In this document: positions 37,789-46,792 of the stretch, piece after piece
Layout: each line of letters begins with the position of its first letter
Position numbering within the stretch: position 1 is the first letter of the stretch
DNA from: a virus
DNA: 64,000 bases
Strand: one strand, 5' to 3'
Virus record (IMG/VR): IMGVR_UViG_3300042446_001683
Made by a program: the position numbers and the translations under genes
Notes under the pieces: model-generated
Database searches by the model: none
What the model was told of the DNA's origin: nothing
What the model saw: the letters and a program-made list of their open reading frames with translations, nothing else

Positions 37789-38457
37789 ATGCCATACAAA
37801 TTAAAAGGCAAATGTGTTTATAATAAAGAGACAGGTAAGAAGAAAGGATGTTCTTCATCTGTTAAAAAAGCTAAGGCTTATATGAGAGCTCTATATGCTT
37901 CTGAACCTATTAATGAGGGATTATCAGACGCAGTCTTAGACAGAGCAAAAGATGTATACTCAGCTATGAAAGCTGATGATAAAGCAATAATGAATGCTGT
38001 TGCTAAACATGGTAATAGCGCAGAAAATATATTGTGGGGTCGCGCAATCAACACAGCTAAAAAACAAGTACAGACTATGAGTGATACTAAATTAAAAGAA
38101 GTAATTAAAAAAGCATTATCTACACCTCCAGTAAGTGAGAAAAAAAGTAAAGAATTTCCTGACTTAACAGGTGATGGTAAAGTAACTAAAGCTGATATAT
38201 TAAAAGGACGTGGGGTAGATCTTAAAGAAGAAGTTGATTATGAAGGAGAAATGGCTAAATCTGAATTATATCGCTTAGTTAAAAACTCTCAAGAGTTAAT
38301 GCAAATGTTAGATGACGATACTCAATTAGAAGCATGGGTACAAAGTAAGATCACTAAAGCAGCTGACTATATAGCATCAGTTAGCCAATATTTAGGATTT
38401 CAAGCAGCTAACAAGCCAGAAATAGACGAAAGAACAGAATACACTTTAGATAAATAA
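37789..38457 (+). CDS. mosaic head-associated protein (small domains incl. EF-hand-like DLTGDGKVTKAD)
   Basis: segments separated by INE, VSE and LKEE. Confidence 0.65.
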   Translation: MPYKLKGKCVYNKETGKKKGCSSSVKKAKAYMRALYASEPINEGLSDAVLDRAKDVYSAMKADDKAIMNAVAKHGNSAENILWGRAINTAKKQVQTMSDTKLKEVIKKALSTPPVSEKKSKEFPDLTGDGKVTKADILKGRGVDLKEEVDYEGEMAKSELYRLVKNSQELMQMLDDDTQLEAWVQSKITKAADYIASVSQYLGFQAANKPEIDERTEYTLDK

Positions 38458-38458
38458 A

Positions 38459-39016
38459 ATGGCAAGTAAAAAGGAACTAGTAGATAAAATACAAGCTATA
38501 GCTAAACGTGTTTATGCTGCTAAAACAGCAGGTGAAACATCAATAGAAGCACAAGAAGATACATTTGGTGTTACACCAGATGATGTTAACTTTGAGGAAG
38601 AATTATTTCCTGTATTAGCTAAATTTCCTAAACTAAAAGAAGTTATAATAGATTTACTTACAGACCAATATGGAGATTTTATATCTGATATATGGTGGGT
38701 AGCTCCTCGTCCTACTACATTTAAAATTATATTAGCTAATGATCAACATTTCTATCTAATATACACTGAACGTTCTTGGATTGCTCAAGTTGAAGGTAAA
38801 AAATTCTATTTAGCTAGTTTAAATGAAGAACAACGTGCTGCAGCAGCTATAGCTCGTATATTACGCTATGGTGGAGGAGCAGAACCAGATAAAGACTCAC
38901 CAGTAGGTGAAGTACCAACAGGAGGAGAAATACCAGCAGATGAAACAACCCCAGAAACACCAACTGAAGAAACACCACCAACTGAAGAAACACCTGAAGA
39001 AACATTACCAGCATAA
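38459..39016 (+). CDS. hypothetical protein with acidic P/T/E tail
   Basis: ETPTEETPPTEETPEET low-complexity end. Confidence 0.7.
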   Translation: MASKKELVDKIQAIAKRVYAAKTAGETSIEAQEDTFGVTPDDVNFEEELFPVLAKFPKLKEVIIDLLTDQYGDFISDIWWVAPRPTTFKIILANDQHFYLIYTERSWIAQVEGKKFYLASLNEEQRAAAAIARILRYGGGAEPDKDSPVGEVPTGGEIPADETTPETPTEETPPTEETPEETLPA

Positions 39017-39018
39017 TA

Positions 39019-39345
39019 ATGAAAAAATTAAATAAGTTCCTTAATCATCCTGTATTACCTTGGGTATTAGTAATATTATTAGTGTCATTATTAATTATAA
39101 AAAGTCTTAAACCAGACCCAAGACCAGTAACACCTCCAGTTGATAATCGTATAGATAGTTTAAGTCATATTGTAGATTCATTGAATAAATCATATATTAA
39201 ACTAAAACAAGATTATGATAGTGCTCAATTAAATGTTAAAACAGAAATCCAATATATCCAAATAAAAAATGCTAAAGACATTTCTAATATCCATAATTTT
39301 ACTATTGACCAACGTGATAGCATGTGGTCAACACTTAACCCCTAA
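39019..39345 (+). CDS. TM plus coiled-coil protein, possible inner spanin
   Basis: N-terminal TM, Pro linker, heptads. Confidence 0.5.
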   Translation: MKKLNKFLNHPVLPWVLVILLVSLLIIKSLKPDPRPVTPPVDNRIDSLSHIVDSLNKSYIKLKQDYDSAQLNVKTEIQYIQIKNAKDISNIHNFTIDQRDSMWSTLNP

Positions 39346-39721
39346 ACGTATTGTCTTTAGCGGTGATACTGGTATATTTTTTACTAATAAACAAGAAATT
39401 GAGTTATTAGTAAAATTTAAACAACTTGAGGGTTGTAAACTTGAAATTGAAAAATGGAAAAGATATGCTAATGATGCTGATTTACAAATTGATAGAGAAA
39501 GAGAAGCATATACTTATTTAAATAAAGAGTATAAAAGTTTATTAACTGTATCTAAAGACTTCCAAAAGAAATATAATGATGAATATACTGCTCATGAGAA
39601 TACAAAAATTAAATTAGATAAAGCTGTTAATATTAAAAACAAATGGGTTAAATCAACATTTATAACAGGTGGAGTAGCAGTAATAATTATAGCACCTTTA
39701 GTTTATTTATTAGTTCATTAA
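39269..39721 (+). CDS. exported coiled-coil protein with C-terminal TM, possible spanin
   Basis: signal peptide ending VIAC (lipobox-like); C-terminal TM; overlaps the upstream gene. Confidence 0.5.
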   Translation: MLKTFLISIILLLTNVIACGQHLTPKRIVFSGDTGIFFTNKQEIELLVKFKQLEGCKLEIEKWKRYANDADLQIDREREAYTYLNKEYKSLLTVSKDFQKKYNDEYTAHENTKIKLDKAVNIKNKWVKSTFITGGVAVIIIAPLVYLLVH

Positions 39722-39733
39722 ATATTTATCAAT

Positions 39734-40933
39734 ATGAATATATTTGATAAATTCCTACATAGCGTTTCTTACAAATTCCCTAAGGGTTACCCAGATATGA
39801 GTAACCCTACTGATATTTCATTACTTGAATCTTTAATAAGTGAAGTATTAGGGCAAAGTGTAAGTTTAAATGAAGGTAGTATGAAACAAAATACAGTTAA
39901 AGCAATTCAAACTATTCTTAATTCAGAATTAGGTAAAAAATATAATTTTAAACCTCAAACAGATTGGTCTCGTTTAGGAAATATGGACAAAATATCTCCA
40001 GATCAATTCTTAGAAATTATTAAAAATACTTTTAATAATCCTCAAGTAACTATACTTAAACCTAAAGAAGGAGAAAATCCAAGTTCTAAATATAATATGT
40101 ATTTATTCACTACTTCTGAAGGTCCTGTTAAAATAATATTATCTGGTGGGGCTAATTTAGGTGAAAAATATGAAAGCAACTTCTATGATAAAATTAAATC
40201 ATCAGCTGGTACTTCATTAGAAGATATAACTGACCCTGATTTAAGAGAATTATACAATAAAATAGGCATTGATCCTGAAGATATCACCCCAGAACAAGTA
40301 ATACAAACTGGAAATAAAGGTACTAAACGTCCTATTGATTTTAATGGTCCTGAAAATAAAGGAGAAACAATATCAGATATAACAATTTTACCTGACACTT
40401 ATCTATCTATTAAAAATATAGCAGGTAGTGGATTTTATAATGGAGGAATCATTCCATTTATTGTCTTTGAAGATGGTAAAGTAGTTTATGATCCTAGTAA
40501 ATTTAATATTAAACCTGTTATAGCTCAATTATTTGAAACACTTAATATTGATCCTGAAAAGGTAGCCCAAGGATTAAATGAATATGCTACTAAACAAGGT
40601 GATATGTCTAACACATATGAAAATATAAGTGTAACTAATTCTGAAGATCTTAAAAAATTCATAGCATCAGGATATGATTATGGATACTGGTATGTTCGTG
40701 AAAAAGATAAAGGATTATTTGTTTATGATAATAGAACAGAAGATGATGTCTATAAATTTGTTGGTGATATAAAAAATGTTAGTGTTAAGTATCCTAATAA
40801 AGAGACAAAAACATTAACAGTAAAACTAATAGCAGACAGCCCAGTATTAGGCCCAGTAAATTATCTTATTGAAATACGAGATACTCAAGGTAAAGGAATA
40901 TTACCACTAAGTTTAAAAATAAGAACAACATGA
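39734..40933 (+). CDS. putative PD-(D/E)XK endonuclease with N-terminal leader domain
   Basis: GEKYE...ISDITI...LSIK; leader ends LESLISE..SLNE. Confidence 0.5.
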   Translation: MNIFDKFLHSVSYKFPKGYPDMSNPTDISLLESLISEVLGQSVSLNEGSMKQNTVKAIQTILNSELGKKYNFKPQTDWSRLGNMDKISPDQFLEIIKNTFNNPQVTILKPKEGENPSSKYNMYLFTTSEGPVKIILSGGANLGEKYESNFYDKIKSSAGTSLEDITDPDLRELYNKIGIDPEDITPEQVIQTGNKGTKRPIDFNGPENKGETISDITILPDTYLSIKNIAGSGFYNGGIIPFIVFEDGKVVYDPSKFNIKPVIAQLFETLNIDPEKVAQGLNEYATKQGDMSNTYENISVTNSEDLKKFIASGYDYGYWYVREKDKGLFVYDNRTEDDVYKFVGDIKNVSVKYPNKETKTLTVKLIADSPVLGPVNYLIEIRDTQGKGILPLSLKIRTT

Positions 40934-41574
40934 AACAACTAATAATAGAAGCAATAAAATCAGCTTTACTAGAACAACCTAATGTTGCTCCAACATTAAA
41001 TGAATCTAAACAATATAATTCTCCTATATCTGAGGAAATGAGATACCATATCTCTAATAAAATCCAAATCCATGAAAATATATTTCGTCCTGGTTCTAAA
41101 TCACATATAGAGTTAATTCATGAAGCTCGTATACTATGGAAACAAGGTATTATTGAACTTCAAGCTGAAGATAAAAAATTATTTGAAAATACAGATTTAG
41201 GTCGTTTTGGGATGTTTGAAGGTGAAATAGTACCTTTAGACTTACCAATGATGGAATTAGAAATATTAACAGAAGTAGAATTAGAAGAAGAAAAGAAACA
41301 ACCAGCGTTAGGTAAACCAAAACGTGGTGGTTCTAAAAAATTCTATGTTTATGTTAAAGATCCTAAAACCAAACGTATTAAAAAAGTATCATTTGGTATG
41401 GCAGGTGGTGGACTACGTGCTAAATTAAATAACTCTAAGGCACGCTCAGCATTTTCTAAACGTCATAACTGCCCACAAAAGAAAGATAGAACAAAAGCTA
41501 GTTACTGGTCATGTCGTCTTCCTCGTTACGCAAAGTTATTAGGATTTAAAACAACATTTTCAGGATTCTGGTGA
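40930..41574 (+). CDS. two-domain protein; basic C-terminal domain (VSFG..RHNC..YWSC)
   Basis: DUF5754/DUF6321-like motif pattern. Confidence 0.6.
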   Translation: MKQLIIEAIKSALLEQPNVAPTLNESKQYNSPISEEMRYHISNKIQIHENIFRPGSKSHIELIHEARILWKQGIIELQAEDKKLFENTDLGRFGMFEGEIVPLDLPMMELEILTEVELEEEKKQPALGKPKRGGSKKFYVYVKDPKTKRIKKVSFGMAGGGLRAKLNNSKARSAFSKRHNCPQKKDRTKASYWSCRLPRYAKLLGFKTTFSGFW

Positions 41575-41575
41575 T

Positions 41576-42034
41576 ATGAATATTACACAATTAATAGAAC
41601 AAATTCTTTTAGAAGAAAAGAAAAAAGCAGATCGCTGCAAACGTATTGCTGATCGTCGCTATGATAAACCATCTGCTTATAAGTCAGGTGCTATTGTTAG
41701 ATGTCGTAAAGGTAAAATTTGGAAAGACTTAAAAGAAACAGATGATCCACAATCTGGTAAAGCAGCTCCTTATGGATCAGGATATGCTAGATTAAAAGAA
41801 GTAATTCAAAAAATATTAAATGAAGACGAATCACTTTATAAATGGTTTAAACGTAGAGGTGCTAAAGGTAAAGAAGGTGGATGGGTAGATTGTAATGCAC
41901 CTGATGGAAAAGGTGGATATAAATCTTGTGGTAGAAAAGAAGGCGAAAAACGGGCTAAATACCCATCATGTCGTCCTACACCAGCTGGATGTAAAAAGAA
42001 AGGCAAAGGTAAAACTTGGGGTAAAACAAAATGA
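41576..42034 (+). CDS. basic Cys-rich mosaic protein (PSAY.SG and KWF..WVDC..CGR..YPSCRP)
   Basis: DUF5872-like motifs; internal LKE/LNE linkers. Confidence 0.6.
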   Translation: MNITQLIEQILLEEKKKADRCKRIADRRYDKPSAYKSGAIVRCRKGKIWKDLKETDDPQSGKAAPYGSGYARLKEVIQKILNEDESLYKWFKRRGAKGKEGGWVDCNAPDGKGGYKSCGRKEGEKRAKYPSCRPTPAGCKKKGKGKTWGKTK

Positions 42035-42390
42035 TTAAATTAGTAGATATACTAAATAAAATCCTATTAGAAGGTGATCCTAAAGTAGGTACTGGTAAAA
42101 AACCTAAAGGTTCAGGTCGTCGTTTATACACAGATGAAGATCCAACGGACACAGTACGTATTAAATTTAAAACTGTTCAAGATATTAAAGATACTTTATC
42201 TAAAACATCATTTAAGTCAAAACCACACGCTCGTAAATCCCAAATTATTAATTTAATTCACCAACGTGTTAGAGCGGCTTATGGTAGAGCTAAAGATCCT
42301 GAAGTAAAAAAACGTTTAAAAAATGCTTTAGAATACATCACAACTAAAAAAGAAGCATCTAAAAAGAAAACTAAATCTATAAAAAAATAA
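42031..42390 (+). CDS. basic hypothetical protein with MIKLVDILNKILLE leader
   Basis: GKKPKGSGRRLYTDEDP. Confidence 0.7.
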   Translation: MIKLVDILNKILLEGDPKVGTGKKPKGSGRRLYTDEDPTDTVRIKFKTVQDIKDTLSKTSFKSKPHARKSQIINLIHQRVRAAYGRAKDPEVKKRLKNALEYITTKKEASKKKTKSIKK

Positions 42391-42391
42391 T

Positions 42392-43015
42392 ATGTTAAAT
42401 ATTGATATCCCTAGTTTTAAAGCTTTAGTACGTAAATCATATTTTACAAAAAATTCAAAAGACACTGAGATTTTTTTAAACGTATATGTTTTTGGGGCCC
42501 AATCTATATCTGGGAAAATATTAACATTCCATGTTATGACTGATGATGGAATGGTCCGTAATAGAGTACCAATATCAGAAATATACACCAAAGTACCAAA
42601 AAATGATATCCCATTCCATTATAAACAATTATGGGATTGTTTCTCAGAAAATGTAGCTGTTATAGCTTATGACTTCTTAGCATATCATAAAGCACAAGTT
42701 GTATTAAAAGATGGTTCTAAAATTTGGGGTACATATTTATTTACTATAGATTGGTATAACAACCCATATAGTGATGAACCTTCAGATTATAAATGTGGTC
42801 ATATATTTAAAGCAGATGATGGATATTTACTTTGTCAACCTAATAATAGAATATTTTGGAAAGACTCAAATTGGGTAACTAAATCTCTCCCAGAAGATTT
42901 AAAACAATTTAAAGTAGATACTGAACTACCATCAGTTGAAAATCAATCTGATAGATGGGTAACTGAAGATGGGGATGCATTTTATTATGATGTTAATAGA
43001 ATAATAAATAAATAA
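42392..43015 (+). CDS. conserved phage hypothetical protein (QLWDCFS...QPNNR)
   Basis: recognisable conserved phage motifs, function unknown. Confidence 0.7.
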   Translation: MLNIDIPSFKALVRKSYFTKNSKDTEIFLNVYVFGAQSISGKILTFHVMTDDGMVRNRVPISEIYTKVPKNDIPFHYKQLWDCFSENVAVIAYDFLAYHKAQVVLKDGSKIWGTYLFTIDWYNNPYSDEPSDYKCGHIFKADDGYLLCQPNNRIFWKDSNWVTKSLPEDLKQFKVDTELPSVENQSDRWVTEDGDAFYYDVNRIINK

Positions 43016-43039
43016 CCCATATTTATAATAAATTTTGTA

Positions 43040-46000
43040 ATGAGTAATATTCATAAATTAATAGAACATTTAGTTAACAATTGGTCAAACAATTTATCTG
43101 AGGCATTAGCTCCAAGAGTTAAGCAACAGTTAATGGATAAATTTAAGCAAGAAGCAGATGATTTTAACATTACAATCTCAGATACAAATTTAAGTGACTA
43201 TATTGACTATTTTGATACTCGATTAAAAAATAATCCTAAAGTAACTGAAAAAGATTTAGCTAAGTACCCATTAAAATCATTAATTAAACTTGTATCAGCT
43301 TATAAAGGTTCAAGTAAAGAAGATGATGATGAAGATGTATCAAATATACCAGACGTTGTTTATAATGAAAATGGTCTTATAATTTATAGTGGTCATAATG
43401 AAGAAAACTGTTTAAAGTTTGGTAGAGGTGAGCAATGGTGTATCACTAAAGGATCATTTGGTAATTATCGCTATGATTCAAATAGAAAAAATCCAACATT
43501 TTATTTAGTAAAAGATACTAACTTACCAAATAGTGATAGAAAAAGTTTCTTTGTTGTTGTAGTAGGTAGTGATAATACTTACAAAGTATCAGATAGATCA
43601 AACAATGATGTTGGTGGTAGAGGAACAGAATGGAACAGATGGGAACCATGGTCATTTGTTGAACAAAATTTCCCATCAGTTCAAGGTTTAGAAAGAATAT
43701 TTAGATACATTCCTGTTAGTAAAGTTGAGCTATCAACTCGTCAATATGCTAATCAAGCTATGACTGTTGAAGAATGGGAAGTAGCACCACCAGATTTTAA
43801 AGAACGATATCTTATTATTAGAAAAGGAAAAACACTTTTTTCTGATATATCTAATGAAAAGTTTGTAAAAACTATTCTCCCAGACAATCAAGATATGGCT
43901 ACAGTAGTAGCTAAAAACTATGGGATGATAGATTTAAATACTTTATTACAAGAATTTGATTCTTTCTCTAACCAAAATCAAAAATCAATCATAGCTAACG
44001 CTCGAAGATTTACAAAAGTATCTACAGAAACTTTAAAATCACGTGGTATTCCTTTTTCAGCTAAAAAAGCAGTAGTTAATGGTGGATTACTTGATGTTCC
44101 TAATAGTGAAAGATACTATGTTTCTAATGATGATAAGGCTATAATTAAATTAAAATTTAATGGTGATGATGTATCAATGGGTTTATTTACTGAGAAAGAT
44201 ACATATCCTAATGTTAAAATAAACACTCGTACAAGTAGTATATTAAAAAGTTTACCTAGATTTGATGAGATGCCTTTTGATGCTTTATTAAAGTTAACAA
44301 AAGATAATCTTTTACCTAAAGACACTGTTGATAAAGTAATTGAAAAATCAAAAGAAGAAGACTCTAAATCAGCTATCGTAACAGCTAATACTGATGAAGG
44401 CGAGATAGTGTTAGATACAAATACTTTTAAAGCATATAAACCTGAAAATGGAGAATATACACCAGTACCATTTGAAGATGACTCTGTTCAAAGTATATTA
44501 AAATCAGACACAGTAGGTAGTGGTATTCAAGATGGTATTATAAGGATGATTTCAAAATTTGATAGCATCCCTTCATCAATACCTATGTCAACTATATCCT
44601 CAATAGTGAAACAAACTCCATCAGAAAAAAGAATAGTAAGAAAAGGAGATGATAATTTCATAATAATACCTAGTAGTACAGGGAATGAACTTAATTTATG
44701 GAATACAAATAATCCTTTAGATAGAAGTTCTGTAGCATTTAATTATAGAGAAGATGGAAGATTTGGTAGTGGAAAAATGGCAAATCAAGAAATATGGTCT
44801 GAATATTTTAATTATTTAAGATCTCAAAATTTAGCTTATGATTCTACTCAACTCCTTCCTTTAGCTAGTTCTCAATATTACGCTGGAGCAAAATTCTTAG
44901 CAGCTAATCCTCCTTTAACAGCTGATAACACATACAAACCTGCTCAATATGAAGGAACATGGTATATTATAAATCAAAATAATCCATCTGAGAGTAGAAA
45001 ACTTAGTCCACAAACAGGTAATTTACTTAGAGCTAATCTTACCCCAGCTAAAGTAGCTATAATACTAGGAACAAGACCACCTGCGGGAGCAGTTAGAGGT
45101 ACTAGAACACCTAGAACAGCAACCGCAGCAGCGGCTACACCACCTACAACTACTGGCCAAGTAAATGATGCTGTACGACAAGCAATTGTTGGAGCAGGTT
45201 TAGAACAAGGATTTACTGCCTTACCAGCTCCACTTAGAAGTAGAATATTATCAGGTACATTAGTAGCTAATGACAATGGAGTAGCAGGTCGTAATAGAGC
45301 ATTAGGAGACAGAGGACGAGTTACTAGAATTATATCTGCTGGTCAAAGTAGAATGTATATCATTCGTTTAGCTAGTGGTACTATGATAGGACAAGCATCA
45401 TTCCAACCTGAGGCAAGACACTTTATTATAACCGCTACTAGCGCGTTTAATATGGGTAGAGTAGGTAACTTTATAGATGCTTTAACAGCTCGTAACTTAC
45501 GTGAAACAGAAGACATATTACGAATAGCAATGGGAGCAGCAACACCAGAAGAACTAGAGGAAATTAAATCTAAAGTTAAAACTAAACCTTATAAAGATTT
45601 AGAAGTAACTAATGAACATATTATTCGTGAGTTTGATGAGAATATTGATCCTATTGAATTAAAATGGCATCGTGATAATGAAAACCGAATAGTAGAAATT
45701 GTAGGTAAAACTGATTGGAAAATACAATTAGAAAATCAACTACCAATTTCTATGAATCAACCTATTACAATACCTAAAGGTGAATGGCATCGTGTTATTA
45801 AAGGTAATGGTAAGTTAACTTTAAAGATAATTAAAGAAGAATCTACTCAATACAATATTGAAGGATTATTATTAACTAACACTGAAGATCGTCCACAAAA
45901 AGATATATTATCTGATATACGCTCATTACCTGGTATAACAATTGTATCAAGTAAAGATTATGACTTATCAGGTGAATCATCTGCATTTAGCAATCCTAAC

Positions 46001-46153
46001 TACTATACAATAATTAAAATGAAAGTAGATCCACATCCATATCCTAATGGATTTAAAGATGAAGATTTACAACAATTATTTACTGACATTAGAGCAATTA
46101 AAGGTGTTAGAAATTTCAAATTAAATAAATCTGTAGAGAAAAAAACTGTATAA
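43040..46153 (+). CDS. large multidomain (polyvalent-like) protein with cupin domain
   Basis: GRGEQWCIT domain; WHRD..WHRVIKG cupin; domains bounded by LSE, LRE and IKEE. Confidence 0.65.
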   Translation: MSNIHKLIEHLVNNWSNNLSEALAPRVKQQLMDKFKQEADDFNITISDTNLSDYIDYFDTRLKNNPKVTEKDLAKYPLKSLIKLVSAYKGSSKEDDDEDVSNIPDVVYNENGLIIYSGHNEENCLKFGRGEQWCITKGSFGNYRYDSNRKNPTFYLVKDTNLPNSDRKSFFVVVVGSDNTYKVSDRSNNDVGGRGTEWNRWEPWSFVEQNFPSVQGLERIFRYIPVSKVELSTRQYANQAMTVEEWEVAPPDFKERYLIIRKGKTLFSDISNEKFVKTILPDNQDMATVVAKNYGMIDLNTLLQEFDSFSNQNQKSIIANARRFTKVSTETLKSRGIPFSAKKAVVNGGLLDVPNSERYYVSNDDKAIIKLKFNGDDVSMGLFTEKDTYPNVKINTRTSSILKSLPRFDEMPFDALLKLTKDNLLPKDTVDKVIEKSKEEDSKSAIVTANTDEGEIVLDTNTFKAYKPENGEYTPVPFEDDSVQSILKSDTVGSGIQDGIIRMISKFDSIPSSIPMSTISSIVKQTPSEKRIVRKGDDNFIIIPSSTGNELNLWNTNNPLDRSSVAFNYREDGRFGSGKMANQEIWSEYFNYLRSQNLAYDSTQLLPLASSQYYAGAKFLAANPPLTADNTYKPAQYEGTWYIINQNNPSESRKLSPQTGNLLRANLTPAKVAIILGTRPPAGAVRGTRTPRTATAAAATPPTTTGQVNDAVRQAIVGAGLEQGFTALPAPLRSRILSGTLVANDNGVAGRNRALGDRGRVTRIISAGQSRMYIIRLASGTMIGQASFQPEARHFIITATSAFNMGRVGNFIDALTARNLRETEDILRIAMGAATPEELEEIKSKVKTKPYKDLEVTNEHIIREFDENIDPIELKWHRDNENRIVEIVGKTDWKIQLENQLPISMNQPITIPKGEWHRVIKGNGKLTLKIIKEESTQYNIEGLLLTNTEDRPQKDILSDIRSLPGITIVSSKDYDLSGESSAFSNPNYYTIIKMKVDPHPYPNGFKDEDLQQLFTDIRAIKGVRNFKLNKSVEKKTV

Positions 46154-46154
46154 A

Positions 46155-46757
46155 ATGAACAAAGAATTTTTAAAAATGCAAAAAACGGCTGGTTTAATAA
46201 CTGAAAGCCAATATGCTACTCTAATAGTAGAATCTGAAGAGCAAGAAATAGATCAAGCATTATCATCAGGAGTTAACGCTTTACAAGATTTAAGTTCTTT
46301 AGATGAAATTGAAGAACAACCTCTTGAAGAATCAGTTGTAGGTTTAGTAATTAGTGGATTATTAGCCGCTCCAAAATTAATAGAATGGTTAGGAAAAGGT
46401 ATAAGTATTATAACTAGACCATTTGTTGGTAAAGATGAAAATACTGTAGCCAAAAATATTATTAAATTTGGCCATAAATGGGAAAAATTTTATATAAAAG
46501 CTATAATAGCTGCTATTAAATTTACTAAATTTGGTAAACAATTATGGATGTTACCTGATAATAAAATAGATGAACAAAAATTAGTATCACTAGCTAAAAT
46601 ATTATATGGTGTAATTCTAAGTATAGCAGCTGGTAACGCTTTAAAAACTGTATTAAGTAGTTCTCATCCTATCTTAACAGCTATTGAAAGTGCTTTAGGT
46701 GGGGTTAAAGCGATAGAAATAGCTCAAATAGCATCTAAAGTTAAAGGACAAATTTGA
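46155..46757 (+). CDS. putative head-packaged membrane-type protein
   Basis: FLKMQKTAGLITE leader; hydrophobic helices. Confidence 0.6.
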   Translation: MNKEFLKMQKTAGLITESQYATLIVESEEQEIDQALSSGVNALQDLSSLDEIEEQPLEESVVGLVISGLLAAPKLIEWLGKGISIITRPFVGKDENTVAKNIIKFGHKWEKFYIKAIIAAIKFTKFGKQLWMLPDNKIDEQKLVSLAKILYGVILSIAAGNALKTVLSSSHPILTAIESALGGVKAIEIAQIASKVKGQI

Positions 46758-46792
46758 TAAAAACACACATATTTATAATAAAATAAAACAAA

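Noticed and set aside
38930-39010. Tandem ACACCA/ACTGAAGAA repeats
   Set aside because: They simply encode a low-complexity P/T/E protein tail.
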